A program made the translations under genes and the position numbers. Under the pieces are notes generated by a model. That model worked only from the letters and a program-made list of their open reading frames with translations, had not been told where the DNA came from and did not search any database. A DNA stretch of 64,000 nucleotides from Gammaproteobacteria bacterium. Its GTDB lineage: Bacteria; Pseudomonadota; Gammaproteobacteria; GCA-001735895. Positions 48,528-58,508 of the stretch are shown one piece after another. The stretch lies in the NCBI GenBank assembly GCA_014382695.1, contig JACNJF010000194.1, forward strand, positions 861 to 64,860, written 5' to 3'. How positions within the stretch are numbered: the first letter of the stretch is position 1; each line of letters opens with the position of its first letter.

Positions 48528-50525
48528 ATGCCTATCCGCAGGCAGGCCAGGGTATTAAAGATTGTATTCGTGCTGTTATTTGCTATCCCGTTGCTGGGAT
48601 GCTTTAACTCTGACTCTGAGTCCCCGCCAACGTTTGAGTATCGCGCCGCACTCAAGCCTTTTTCCAGCTGTGATGCACTCGCCACCTATCTACAGGATAC
48701 GGCCGAGCAGCAGAATCGTCTGAGTCAGTATTATTATGCGCTGCCGGGCATCAGTAATGCCGTGCAGGATAATGTCATCGGTATTCCGGGTGGAAATGTC
48801 GCGCTAAGTGCGGATGCTATTGCGCCGGCCATAGAAACTACCCGTACAATCAGCGAGTTTACCCAGACCAATAATCAGGTGAGTGGGGTCGATGAAGCCG
48901 ACTTCATCAAAACCGATGGCGACTATAGCTATATCGTGAGCGGTGGCTTTCTGGTCGTAGTGGATAACTGGCCAGCCGATCAAAGCTCAATACTGGCTCG
49001 GATAGCGGTGAAAGGCTTGTCTTCCAATCTGTTTGTGTATCAGGATACGGTGTGGGTCGTGAGTGATTTAATGAGCACCGACCTGTCCGCCAGTCAGATG
49101 GCCTTTGCACCCCGGGTCAATCAGTTAACCCTGATTTCAATGTTCGATATCACCGATCGCAGCAATCCGCTGTTGCTGCGTGAAACAACACTGGAAGGTT
49201 ACTATGTCGATGCCAGACGTATTGATAACCGGGTGTATCTGGTCACTTCCGCTTACTTTGATCTGTATCCGTTACTTTCTGATAATGCCAGTCCTGCGAT
49301 TGATACGTTGCTACCGAAGCTGTCCGACCGAGTGTATAACGCAGGAATCAGTAGCGTCAGTGAACAGCTGATCAGCCCCTGTGAACAGATCTATCAACCG
49401 GGTACCGCAAATGGCACCGGTACCATCACCCTGTCGACGTTTGATTTACTGACACCTCGGTCTGAGATCAAACGCCAGACCATCATCAGTAATTCAGGAA
49501 CCATCTATGCCAGTCGTGAGCATCTTTATCTGGCCACGGTAGAGGATAACTTCTGGACCTGGTTGCCCGTGCTGGAAGGCGATGAAGTTCCCAGTCCTGG
49601 TACTACCTTGCATAAATTTAGCCTGTTGCAGGAACCGGTGTATCTGGCCAGTGGACGAGTCGACGGTTATCTGTTGAATCAGTTTGCGCTGGATGAACAT
49701 AACGATTTATTGCGCATAACTACTACCAGTTTTGCGTGGTGGAACAACCAGCCGCCGCAGAACAGGCTGTATATCCTTGAGCAGCAGGGTGAGCGACTGG
49801 TGCAACGCAGTCAGCTAGATGGGCTGGGTAAGCCCGGAGAGCGCATCTATGCCACACGCTTTTTTGGTGATCAGGGTTTTGTCGTGACTTTCCAGCAGAT
49901 TGACCCGTTGTATACGCTGGATCTGAGTGATCCGGATAATCCGCAAGTTGCTGGCGAACTGGAGGTTCCTGGATTTTCCACCTATCTGCATCCTCTGGAG
50001 GATGGTCTGCTGCTGGCGATTGGACGCAACCAGAGCAATAACGCCACCGATGTCAGTCTGTTTGATACCACGGATTTTTCTCAACCGGCACTGCTGCATC
50101 GGATCTCTATCGGCAAGGACAGTTATTCGGAAGCTGAATACAATCATAAGGCCTTTACCTGGTATCCACGTGAACAGTTGTTGGCGCTGCCGGTCACGCG
50201 TTGGTCGGGTGATTTGGTGCGGGATGGTTACTCGGGCTACCGACTGTTCAACGGTCTGCAATTATATCGGGCCGACCGAGTAAATGGTTTCGCTGATGTT
50301 GGGCTGGTCGATCATAGTTCGCTGTATCAAAATAGTACGGGCCAGTTCTGGTATCAGCCGGAAAATATCCGTAGAAGTTTTTTTGTGGCTGATGACGCAA
50401 ATCAGAGTTACCTGTACTCGGTCAGCAGTCGTGGCATCAAGATCAATGCACTCGGCGATCTGGCAACGGATCTGGCGGTACTAGAATTACCCGTGTATGA
50501 CAGGCAGAATGTTCTTTTTTATTAA
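48528..50525 (+). CDS. secreted lipoprotein, predicted beta-propeller-domain protein (665 aa)
   Basis: Lipobox LLGC after a signal peptide. Repeated beta-strand-rich segments. Resembles 'beta-propeller domain' (PF09826-like) lipoproteins. Function unknown. Confidence 0.55.
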   Translation: MPIRRQARVLKIVFVLLFAIPLLGCFNSDSESPPTFEYRAALKPFSSCDALATYLQDTAEQQNRLSQYYYALPGISNAVQDNVIGIPGGNVALSADAIAPAIETTRTISEFTQTNNQVSGVDEADFIKTDGDYSYIVSGGFLVVVDNWPADQSSILARIAVKGLSSNLFVYQDTVWVVSDLMSTDLSASQMAFAPRVNQLTLISMFDITDRSNPLLLRETTLEGYYVDARRIDNRVYLVTSAYFDLYPLLSDNASPAIDTLLPKLSDRVYNAGISSVSEQLISPCEQIYQPGTANGTGTITLSTFDLLTPRSEIKRQTIISNSGTIYASREHLYLATVEDNFWTWLPVLEGDEVPSPGTTLHKFSLLQEPVYLASGRVDGYLLNQFALDEHNDLLRITTTSFAWWNNQPPQNRLYILEQQGERLVQRSQLDGLGKPGERIYATRFFGDQGFVVTFQQIDPLYTLDLSDPDNPQVAGELEVPGFSTYLHPLEDGLLLAIGRNQSNNATDVSLFDTTDFSQPALLHRISIGKDSYSEAEYNHKAFTWYPREQLLALPVTRWSGDLVRDGYSGYRLFNGLQLYRADRVNGFADVGLVDHSSLYQNSTGQFWYQPENIRRSFFVADDANQSYLYSVSSRGIKINALGDLATDLAVLELPVYDRQNVLFY

Positions 50526-50538
50526 AGTGAGTTTCGAC

Positions 50539-50901
50539 ATGCTCAGAGCCTTCATTATATTCACGCTTGTCTTTATTCAAAACGCCTGTGTGACCAGCAG
50601 TACTGTAATCACCGGCGAAGTCAGGGAGCGGATTGAGTTTGAGGCCGTGGAAGTGTTTTTTAATACTGCGCCTGACTGTGATTTCGATGTCATCGCCCAT
50701 ATCAATATCCCAGGTACCTATTTCAACCGCGCATCGCTGATCGACGCGTTTCGCTGGAAAGCCGCTTCGGTTGGCGCTAATGCAATACAGATCCTCGATA
50801 TTCAGCCGGTTGGTGTTAACGAGATGATGGGTTCAGCCAGAGCCTTACGTTGCGAGCGTGCAGTCCCTCTGTTCAATCCGATCGAGAAAGTTGACCTTTA
50901 A
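50539..50901 (+). CDS. small putative lipoprotein (~120 aa)
   Basis: ATG (MLRAF...) 14 codons inside the track ORF. Signal peptide ending IQNAC (lipobox-like). Starts 13 nt after the upstream lipoprotein gene. Confidence 0.45.
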   Translation: MLRAFIIFTLVFIQNACVTSSTVITGEVRERIEFEAVEVFFNTAPDCDFDVIAHINIPGTYFNRASLIDAFRWKAASVGANAIQILDIQPVGVNEMMGSARALRCERAVPLFNPIEKVDL

Positions 50902-50943
50902 TGATTTAGCGTTAAGCTTACACAAACTATAACAAACGGCTTC

Positions 50944-52416
50944 ATGTTCTCTTTTTCCTCCCAGTTCTCAGATGGTGAAAACAGTTACCGGCTGATTGCC
51001 GCACTGTTTCTGCGCCTGCTCGCCATCATTTATTTCATGGCCTTCTTTTCTCTCAGCTTTCAGATTACCGGGCTGGTGGGAGAGCAGGGCATACTGCCAC
51101 TCAGCCCCTGGCTGGATAGCCTGCTGAGTGAAATGGGCGGCTCGGCTTTTGTCTACTTTCCGATGTTGTTCTGGTTTGAGCAGAGCGATTTTTTCCTGCA
51201 GGCAGTAGCCTGGTCGGGTTGTGTTGTTTCAATTTCGCTATTGCTTAATATCTGGCCCAGACTGAGCCTGATCCTGCTGTTCATTTTCTATCTGTCGCTG
51301 GTTAAGGCAGGGCAGACCTTTATGAACTTTCAGTGGGATGGCTTACTGCTGGAGGCTGGATTTCTGGCAATTTTTCTACGTCCGGATTCCAGAATCCTGA
51401 TCCTGTTATTCCGCTGGTTACTGTTTCGCTTACGCTTCATGTCCGGTATTTCAAAACTGGTGATGGGCGATCCGTCCTGGCTGGGCATGACGGCGCTGAT
51501 CTATTACTTTGAAACCCAGCCGTTACCGCATGTAGGGGCCTGGTATTTTGATAACCTGCCGCAGATACTACTGATCGCCGCTACCGTTCTGGTGCTGATC
51601 ATTGAGATCATAGTGCCTTTTATGATGTTTTTACCCCGGCGTTATCGTCTGATAGCCGCCTGGGCCACGCTCGCGCTGCAAGTGCTGATTATGCTCAGCA
51701 GTAATCACAACTGGTTTAACTTTCTGACCATCGCGTTATGCCTTTTTCTGTTCGATGATAAAGCCGTGCGACGCATCGTACCGGGTGGGCTGGAACGCTG
51801 GTTGACCATGAGCTGGGCGCAACGCCTGCAAAACCCGCGCGCTCGACGTTCGGTGGCGGCGAGTTATCTGCTGGCGGGAGTGGTTACGCTGGGCGGTATC
51901 CTGAGCATCCATAAATTGGTCACCAACAGGAGTCTGGGCACTGTTGCCGATACCCTGCAGGATATCCTGCAGCAATGGCATATCGTGAATACCTATCATG
52001 TTTTCCCAACCATGACGACGCGTCAGATCGAACTTAAAATTGAAGGCTCTATCGATGGGATTAACTGGAAAGAGTATGAGTTTATCCATCGCCCAAATGC
52101 GCTATCGAAAGCACCGACGATCGTTTTCCCGCATCATCCGCGACTCGACTGGATGATGTGGTTTGTGCCGTTTCATCCACGCTTTTTACCCTGGTTTGAT
52201 GCTTTCCTGCAAACCCTGCTGGAAAACTCAGCGCAGGTAACGGCATTGCTAAAGGATAATCCGTTCAAGGACCAGGCTCCCCGCTATCTGCGTGTGAATG
52301 CCTGGCACTATGAGTTTACCAGTCCCGCCGAGCGTGAGCAGACTGGCAACTGGTGGAAACGCAGTTATCTGGGACCCTTTTACCCGCTACCCGGTAAATA
52401 CAGGATCGCGCCCTGA
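50944..52416 (+). CDS. lipase-maturation-factor / HTTM-like polytopic membrane protein (490 aa)
   Basis: N-terminal block (RLLAIIYFMAFFSLSFQITGLVGEQGILP) and multi-TM organisation typical of the LMF1/HTTM superfamily. Confidence 0.55.
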   Translation: MFSFSSQFSDGENSYRLIAALFLRLLAIIYFMAFFSLSFQITGLVGEQGILPLSPWLDSLLSEMGGSAFVYFPMLFWFEQSDFFLQAVAWSGCVVSISLLLNIWPRLSLILLFIFYLSLVKAGQTFMNFQWDGLLLEAGFLAIFLRPDSRILILLFRWLLFRLRFMSGISKLVMGDPSWLGMTALIYYFETQPLPHVGAWYFDNLPQILLIAATVLVLIIEIIVPFMMFLPRRYRLIAAWATLALQVLIMLSSNHNWFNFLTIALCLFLFDDKAVRRIVPGGLERWLTMSWAQRLQNPRARRSVAASYLLAGVVTLGGILSIHKLVTNRSLGTVADTLQDILQQWHIVNTYHVFPTMTTRQIELKIEGSIDGINWKEYEFIHRPNALSKAPTIVFPHHPRLDWMMWFVPFHPRFLPWFDAFLQTLLENSAQVTALLKDNPFKDQAPRYLRVNAWHYEFTSPAEREQTGNWWKRSYLGPFYPLPGKYRIAP

Positions 52417-52420
52417 TGCC

Positions 52421-52588
52421 TCACTTGTGTAACTTGCCTTTATCAGTATTGGATGGTTTTTCCTGTTTATGCTCTGCCTGAGCAGGGGGATACAGACTAT
52501 CCATCATTTCCCCGGTGGTTAAAATAACCGTTATATCGTCATCGACTTCGTCGTCGTTGGCTGTTTCTCTGGGTTGCTTATCACGCAT
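52421..52588 (-). CDS. possible 55-aa acidic small ORF (MRDKQPRETANDDEVDDDITVIL...)
   Basis: Found by manual translation of the minus strand just downstream of the 386-aa gene. Below the ORF-track size cutoff. Confidence 0.2.
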   Translation of the reverse strand: MRDKQPRETANDDEVDDDITVILTTGEMMDSLYPPAQAEHKQEKPSNTDKGKLHK

Positions 52589-52610
52589 TCTGGACCTCTA
52601 TTCTCAGTAA

Positions 52611-53771
52611 TCATGCTGGCCAGTATTCCGTCTGTATGGATTCTCCTAAATCGGCATCGATCAGACGCTGTCTGACTTCGAGCAGTTTTTTAATTAATGC
52701 TGGTTCCGCCTTCTCATAGGCGGCTGCATCCGGCGCACGCTTAACAACCACGCCGAGTAATTCTGTAATCGCATTGCCTATCGAGTTCTGGCTGATGGTG
52801 ACGACCCATTTGCCACTATCGTTACGATAGATAAGCTGCTTGAAAGCCGGCTGCCAGCGTATCGCGTTGGCATATTGCGCGTTTTTAATGCACTGGTCAC
52901 GTACAATCTTGGCGGTGCTCAAAAAATCATTATTAAAGAGCAGCTTTTCTGTTACCTGTTGCGGGAAATTGACATTTTTTGGGATGGCAGCATTGCGCGT
53001 TGAAACCTGGCTGAAAAAAGTGCGGTAAAAATCGATAAACCCTTTTAGAATGATATCGTACTCTTGCCAGAATTTAACCTCCTTTATGGAATCCAGACCA
53101 CCACTAATCTCCCAGCAGGGAAGTCCCTGCGGGTAACCGGTCAACATCAGCTGCGACGAATCGCCAGTCATCGGTTTTAGTATTTCCAGCTCCAGGGTGT
53201 CGAAAAAAGCACAATAGGCATCATGCATATAGCTTTGAAACAGACTGTGCTGGCCACCATCGGTGAGGTTTGGGTTGTTAGTTTCAGCCAGCGGAGCATC
53301 ACGCAGTTGCTGTTTATCGAATACGATGAAATGATTGTGCAGCATGCGGATGCTGGGAACTCCAGCGGAGGTCAGCGGCCAGGTTGCATCCAGACTGGCT
53401 TCACCACACAGCAGCAGATGATTTTTCGGGTTGGGGAAAATCTCGTGCATGTAGCTGATCAGAATCTGGTTCATGCGGTTCCAGACATTGCGTACATTTT
53501 CCGGTACCTGAGTGCGCCTTACCGGACGACCCAGCGGATCCAGTATAACCTTGGATGTGTTGTAAATGATGGAGGCGTCGAATACATTGGAGTGTCCCAG
53601 CGCCTTCCGATACATTAACAGGTTTTCATCGTTGCGTAACAGACCGTTGTTATGCTCAAGATCATTCAGGTTTTCTGTGCTGTTGAAAAATTCATTCGGT
53701 TTCATACCTTCTGGCACATCCAGTGGAATGGGCCGGAATGGCGTGGTTATTTCTCTTGGTCCGGTGGTCAT
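52611..53771 (-). CDS. hypothetical cytoplasmic 386-aa protein, no recognisable family
   Basis: Long intact ORF, no signal peptide or TM. Only a weak H-x-H-hydrophobic (MLHNHFIVF) tract reminiscent of HIT/GalT-like nucleotidyl-transfer motifs. Confidence 0.6.
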   Translation of the reverse strand: MTTGPREITTPFRPIPLDVPEGMKPNEFFNSTENLNDLEHNNGLLRNDENLLMYRKALGHSNVFDASIIYNTSKVILDPLGRPVRRTQVPENVRNVWNRMNQILISYMHEIFPNPKNHLLLCGEASLDATWPLTSAGVPSIRMLHNHFIVFDKQQLRDAPLAETNNPNLTDGGQHSLFQSYMHDAYCAFFDTLELEILKPMTGDSSQLMLTGYPQGLPCWEISGGLDSIKEVKFWQEYDIILKGFIDFYRTFFSQVSTRNAAIPKNVNFPQQVTEKLLFNNDFLSTAKIVRDQCIKNAQYANAIRWQPAFKQLIYRNDSGKWVVTISQNSIGNAITELLGVVVKRAPDAAAYEKAEPALIKKLLEVRQRLIDADLGESIQTEYWPA

Positions 53772-53862
53772 ACAGGGATACTCTGAGCTTTAAAATGTGC
53801 ATTAGGATACAGCAAAGAGAATGATTTTAGTCTTCAAAAAAACTTGGGTAGATATTCAATAG

Positions 53863-54720
53863 ATGAATCTTACGGCAAACAGTAAAGGAATTTTACTGGC
53901 CTTTAGCGGAATCGTCCTGTTGAGCCCCGACAGTCTGTTGATTCGTCTGATTGATACCGATCTGTGGAGCTTGATGTTTCTACGTGGTCTGTTTATGGGT
54001 GTTTCATTATTACTGCTCAATTTTGTGCTGCATCGGGGGCAGGCCGTACAGCAGTTTAAGATGCTGGATCGTTATGCCTGGGGCATTATTGTATTGACCG
54101 CCATCAGTTCCTTCTTCTTTGTGGCATCGATCCAGACCACAAGTGTTGCGCATACGCTGATTATCGTCGGTTCGACCCCGGTGGTGGCGGCTGTGCTGGC
54201 GCTGTATTTTCTGCACGAAAAAGTATCGCAGAATACCTGGATAACCATTTTTATCGTGGTTACAGGTCTGGCGGTGGTGGTTTATGATGATCAGCAAAGT
54301 ACCTTAAAGGGCGATGTATATGCGTTGATCGCCTGCCTGTTATGGTCGGTAAATTTTTTGCTGGCGCGACTGACACGCATGGCCGATATGGTGGCTTCGA
54401 TGTGTATCGGTGGTTTTATGATGGCTTTACTCAGTCTGCCACTGGCACAGCTTGATACGGTTTCCATTACTCAGTTGCTACTGAGTCTATTGCTCGGGCT
54501 GCTGGTGGGTGTATCGCTGTCACTGATTACATTGGCGCCACGCTATATTCTGGCTGCCGAAGTAGCAGTATTTCTTCCACTGGAGTCTGTTTTTGGTTCG
54601 TTGCTGGTGTGGTGGTTAGTGGGAGAATATCCCGGGTCCGTTTCACTGACGGCGGGTCTGGTCATCGTGCTGGCGATTATGCTAAACAGTTACCTGCAAA
54701 TCAGCAGGTCAACGAAGTGA
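53863..54720 (+). CDS. EamA-family (DMT superfamily) transporter
   Basis: 10 TM helices in two 5-TM halves. 285 aa. Confidence 0.8.
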   Translation: MNLTANSKGILLAFSGIVLLSPDSLLIRLIDTDLWSLMFLRGLFMGVSLLLLNFVLHRGQAVQQFKMLDRYAWGIIVLTAISSFFFVASIQTTSVAHTLIIVGSTPVVAAVLALYFLHEKVSQNTWITIFIVVTGLAVVVYDDQQSTLKGDVYALIACLLWSVNFLLARLTRMADMVASMCIGGFMMALLSLPLAQLDTVSITQLLLSLLLGLLVGVSLSLITLAPRYILAAEVAVFLPLESVFGSLLVWWLVGEYPGSVSLTAGLVIVLAIMLNSYLQISRSTK

Positions 54721-54760
54721 GTTTTTCTGGGCATGAATTTTTAACAATACAGGTATTTAC

Positions 54761-56155
54761 ATGACACAAAAAACACGTACCGAGACAGACAGCATGGGTG
54801 AACTACAGGTTCCGCTTGATGCACTGTATCGCGCTCAAACACAGCGTGCGGTAGAAAATTTTCCGCTCAGTGGGATTCCATTGCCGCGCCAGATGATACG
54901 TGCACTGGGGCTGATCAAGGTCGCCTGCGCGCGTACAAATCGGCAACTCGGTTTGCTGGATAATCCGATTGCGCGTGCGATCGAGCAGGCGGGGAAGCAG
55001 GTGGTGAGTGGTGACGTCGATGCGCATTTTCCGGTCGATATTTTTCAGACCGGTTCAGGCACCAGCAGTAACATGAATGCAAACGAAGTCATCGCCTCGC
55101 TGGCGAGTTCGCCAAAGCTTAAGGTGCATCCGAACGATCATGTGAATATGGGACAGAGCTCTAACGATGTGTTTCCTTCGGCCATCCATGTCAGTGCCTG
55201 CCTGGCGATTCATGAACAGCTATTGCCTGCGTTGTCACATCTGGAAAAAACCCTCAACCAGAAAGCCGATGAACTGAAGGATGTGGTGAAGACCGGTCGT
55301 ACTCATCTGATGGATGCGATGCCGCTTACCTTCGGCCAGGAAATTGGCGCCTGGGCGGCACAGATTAAACAGGGGATGTACCGGATTCAATCCAGCCTGA
55401 CGCGGTTGCAGAAGCTGGCACAGGGCGGCACTGCCGTCGGTACCGGGATCAATGCGCATGCAGAGTTTTCTTTGCGCGTGTGTGCTGAACTCAAGTTGCT
55501 GAGCGGGATCCAGTTCGCTCCCAAAGACAATCTGTTTGAAGGCCTGAGTAGCCAGGATTCTGCGGTTGAAATGAGCGGGCAGTTAAAGACGCTGGCGGTG
55601 GCATTGATGAAGATATCAAATGACCTGCGCTGGATGAATTCGGGACCGCTCGCCGGCCTCGCAGAGATTTCTCTACCGGCTCTGCAGCCCGGCAGTTCGA
55701 TCATGCCGGGTAAGGTCAATCCGGTCATTCCTGAAGCCGTTGCGATGGTTTGTGCGCAGGTCATCGGCAATGACAGTACCATTACCATTGCGGGCCAGTC
55801 GGGTAATTTTCAGCTGAATGTGATGTTGCCGGTGATCGCCTATAACCTGATTCAGAGCATTGAGCTGCTGGCGAATGCGGCGAAGCTACTGGCGGATAAG
55901 GCTATTCATGGGCTGACGGTCAATCACGAACAGATCGAACGGGCGCTATCGGTGAATCCGATACTGGTTACGGCTTTAAATCCGGTCATCGGTTATGAAC
56001 TGGGGGTGAAAATTGCCAGGGCAGCCTATGCACAGAAAAGACCAGTCTTCGATGTGGCTCGAGAATTATGCGACTTGAGTGAAGAAGAACTGCGGAAATT
56101 ACTCGATCCAGCCCGTTTGACCCAGGGCGGACCTGGCAAGGGAGGGATCGGCTAG
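54761..56155 (+). CDS. fumC: class II fumarate hydratase
   Basis: GSSIMPGKVNP SS-loop signature. Strong overall FumC similarity. 464 aa. Confidence 0.96.
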   Translation: MTQKTRTETDSMGELQVPLDALYRAQTQRAVENFPLSGIPLPRQMIRALGLIKVACARTNRQLGLLDNPIARAIEQAGKQVVSGDVDAHFPVDIFQTGSGTSSNMNANEVIASLASSPKLKVHPNDHVNMGQSSNDVFPSAIHVSACLAIHEQLLPALSHLEKTLNQKADELKDVVKTGRTHLMDAMPLTFGQEIGAWAAQIKQGMYRIQSSLTRLQKLAQGGTAVGTGINAHAEFSLRVCAELKLLSGIQFAPKDNLFEGLSSQDSAVEMSGQLKTLAVALMKISNDLRWMNSGPLAGLAEISLPALQPGSSIMPGKVNPVIPEAVAMVCAQVIGNDSTITIAGQSGNFQLNVMLPVIAYNLIQSIELLANAAKLLADKAIHGLTVNHEQIERALSVNPILVTALNPVIGYELGVKIARAAYAQKRPVFDVARELCDLSEEELRKLLDPARLTQGGPGKGGIG

Positions 56156-56736
56156 TGTTGTTAACCTACCAGCAGCAGGATCGAAGTAATTTTCCAGAAA
56201 GCGAAAACTCTGTGTTTGACCGTGTCATTTACTGGTTTGAGAAAAGTGTGCTGGGGCTGAATTTGTGCCCGTTTGCGGCTAAGCCCTACCGCGAAGGGGG
56301 TATCCGTTTCGTGTCAAGCAGTGCCCAGACCGATGTAGATTGCCTGACCGATCTGTTTGACTGTCTAAACCAGCTCGATCAGCAGCCCGATATCGAAACC
56401 ATGGTGTTGATTTGCCCGCATCATCTACAGGATTTTTCTGACTATAACCAGTTTCTCGATTATTGTGATGCTTTACTCGAGCAACAAGGCTGGAGTGGTA
56501 TCTATCAGATCGCAAGTTTCCACCCTGACTATCAGTTTGCCGAAAATCTGCCCGATGATCGGGCCAACTGGACTAACCGTTCACCCAGTCCATTGCTGCA
56601 TTTGATTCGAGAAGCTTCCATCAGCCGGGCAGTGGCTGTTGCGAATAGTGCGGCAATCCCTGCACGCAATATCCAGACGATCGAGGCTTTGTCTGAAGCG
56701 CAGATGATTGAAATATTCGGTGCTCATTTGCGCTAA
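56155..56736 (+). CDS. DUF1415-domain protein
   Basis: Overlaps the fumC stop (translationally coupled). LCPFA...ETMVLICPHHL..F pattern of DUF1415. Confidence 0.7.
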   Translation: MLLTYQQQDRSNFPESENSVFDRVIYWFEKSVLGLNLCPFAAKPYREGGIRFVSSSAQTDVDCLTDLFDCLNQLDQQPDIETMVLICPHHLQDFSDYNQFLDYCDALLEQQGWSGIYQIASFHPDYQFAENLPDDRANWTNRSPSPLLHLIREASISRAVAVANSAAIPARNIQTIEALSEAQMIEIFGAHLR

Positions 56737-56766
56737 AAAAAACCGGGGAGACACCCGGTTTTTTTG
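56737..56766. terminator. bidirectional rho-independent terminator (aaaaaaaaccggg-gagaca-cccggttttttt) between convergent genes
   Basis: 7-bp GC stem flanked by an A8 run and a T7 run. Serves the DUF1415 gene (+) and the SPOR gene (-). Confidence 0.75.
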
Positions 56767-56785
56767 CTTATGCAAGTGACTATAA

Positions 56786-58369
56786 CTAGTTTTTAATCAG
56801 CTTCAGAACATCACTGTTTGAGATTAAGGCTATTGGCTGAAAGTTGATGTAACGCGGCATCTTGTTGAGCGTTTCGGTAACCTGAGCCTGGTCATCGAAC
56901 TGACCGCCGTAGATCAGGTTGTATTGATCTTTATCATCGATGAAGTAAGCCAGCTCCTGGGTAAAGTAGTGATTGTAACGTTGCGCTATTTCAAACAGTT
57001 CCTGCTTTTTGGCAACCGTGGCAACCTTGATGGAATACTTGTCAGGATTCAGTTTGACCAGCCATTGTGACCCATGAATGGTATTCTTCGAGCCAAAGTT
57101 ATACAGTGGTGCGAGATATTGAACGCGCCCATCCAGGCTTTCGACTTCATCGTTCATTGCTTTCATATCCTGCTGGATCAGCTGGGTTTTTTCCTGCAAA
57201 TCCTGTTGAACCTGATTCAGGTTTTTCTGTAACTCGATGATTTCAGAGTAAAATACCTGCGATGCCATCTGCTCATCCTGCACTCGACTCTCCAGCTGTG
57301 TGACCTGTTCGTTGATGACTTCATTATGCTGAACGGTAACCGCCTGTTGCGTATCACGTTGATATTCTGCGTAAAAAAAGATGGCGATCACGGCCAGCAA
57401 TAACAGTAAACTCGATGCCGCCAGTGCTTTGAAATGCTTTCTCTCCAGACTTGCCAGTGCCAGCAGGGTACGCGTCAGGGAACCGGTTTTGTCACTCAGG
57501 GTATCGATCTGTCCCTGTTGTTCGATATTCTGTTGCTGCAGACGCGCGGTATGTAATTCGAGTGCCTCCACATCTCCAGACAGCTTGCTGGTCAGTATAT
57601 CCAGGGTGTCGGTGGAGTCTTTCAGTGTTTCACTGTCTTCGATCAGTTTGGCAGAAACCGCTTCCAGAGAAGCGGCACGCTTTTCCAGTGCTGCATCGAC
57701 GCTTTGCATCAGCAGCATTTTTGCTTTCTGGCTATCAATCGCTTTATCAGCGGACTTTATCTTGCTGTCCAGCGTATCATCACGCTGTTGAGTCGACTGA
57801 GCGAGTTGCTCTAGTTCAGCGATAATTTTTACTTCCAGTGTAGTAATCGCCTTGCTGTTATCTTTGATGCTTTTGTTCAATTTGGTGCTGATTGTCGATA
57901 CTTTTTTGGATAAAGTTTCGGCACGCGCAATCAGATCCACATGCTGCTGTCTAAATTCGACATTGACTTCAGTCTGGCTTTGAATAGCTTCATTCAGCGC
58001 CTTGCTGGATGATTTTTCGAATGATTTGATCGCGCTGTTGACCGCTTTCAAATCGCTGCTCATCTTATTTGACTGCAGGTTTAATTCCTTAAAGGATGTT
58101 TCGATGATTCCTAGCTGCTTATAAGTGTCAGCTACTTTTTCAGACAGTCCTGCTTCCGATGTTGACAGGCGTTCGACATCGGTATTGATCTGTTTGTTGC
58201 TGCTATTGATTTTTTTATTCAGTTTGGCAATGGTAGCTTCCAGAGCCGACATCTGTTTATTAATTTCCATCACCTGTTTTTCCTTGCCGTTTTCCTGCAA
58301 TGGAACCAGATTACCTTTTGCCACAGGGGCATCGCTGACTTTATCCAGCTTTTTATTTTCTTGAGCCAT
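56786..58369 (-). CDS. coiled-coil membrane protein with C-terminal SPOR (peptidoglycan-binding) domain, DamX-like
   Basis: ~320 aa of heptad-rich coiled coil. Single TM (LLLLAVIAIFFYA). Further coiled coil. C-terminal SPOR-like fold (YSIKVATVAKKQELFEIAQRY ... NLIYGGQFDDQAQ). Confidence 0.7.
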   Translation of the reverse strand: MAQENKKLDKVSDAPVAKGNLVPLQENGKEKQVMEINKQMSALEATIAKLNKKINSSNKQINTDVERLSTSEAGLSEKVADTYKQLGIIETSFKELNLQSNKMSSDLKAVNSAIKSFEKSSSKALNEAIQSQTEVNVEFRQQHVDLIARAETLSKKVSTISTKLNKSIKDNSKAITTLEVKIIAELEQLAQSTQQRDDTLDSKIKSADKAIDSQKAKMLLMQSVDAALEKRAASLEAVSAKLIEDSETLKDSTDTLDILTSKLSGDVEALELHTARLQQQNIEQQGQIDTLSDKTGSLTRTLLALASLERKHFKALAASSLLLLLAVIAIFFYAEYQRDTQQAVTVQHNEVINEQVTQLESRVQDEQMASQVFYSEIIELQKNLNQVQQDLQEKTQLIQQDMKAMNDEVESLDGRVQYLAPLYNFGSKNTIHGSQWLVKLNPDKYSIKVATVAKKQELFEIAQRYNHYFTQELAYFIDDKDQYNLIYGGQFDDQAQVTETLNKMPRYINFQPIALISNSDVLKLIKN

Positions 58370-58508
58370 GGTTATTAACCCGTTAGTTAAATTGAATTCG
58401 ATAATTAGAATATTAGCATAATCTAATATATAATTAAAGGTGAATCACTACAGCCAGCAAGCGTTGTAGGCTACAATCGCGGATCAAATTATTCTGGATC
58501 ATTAAATT

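Noticed and set aside
58381-58470. AT-rich partial inverted repeat (attagaatattagcataatctaatat) upstream of the 58509 membrane protein gene as a transposon end or operator
   Set aside because: The arms are short and imperfect. There are no flanking direct repeats or transposase. It is most likely just promoter AT-richness.
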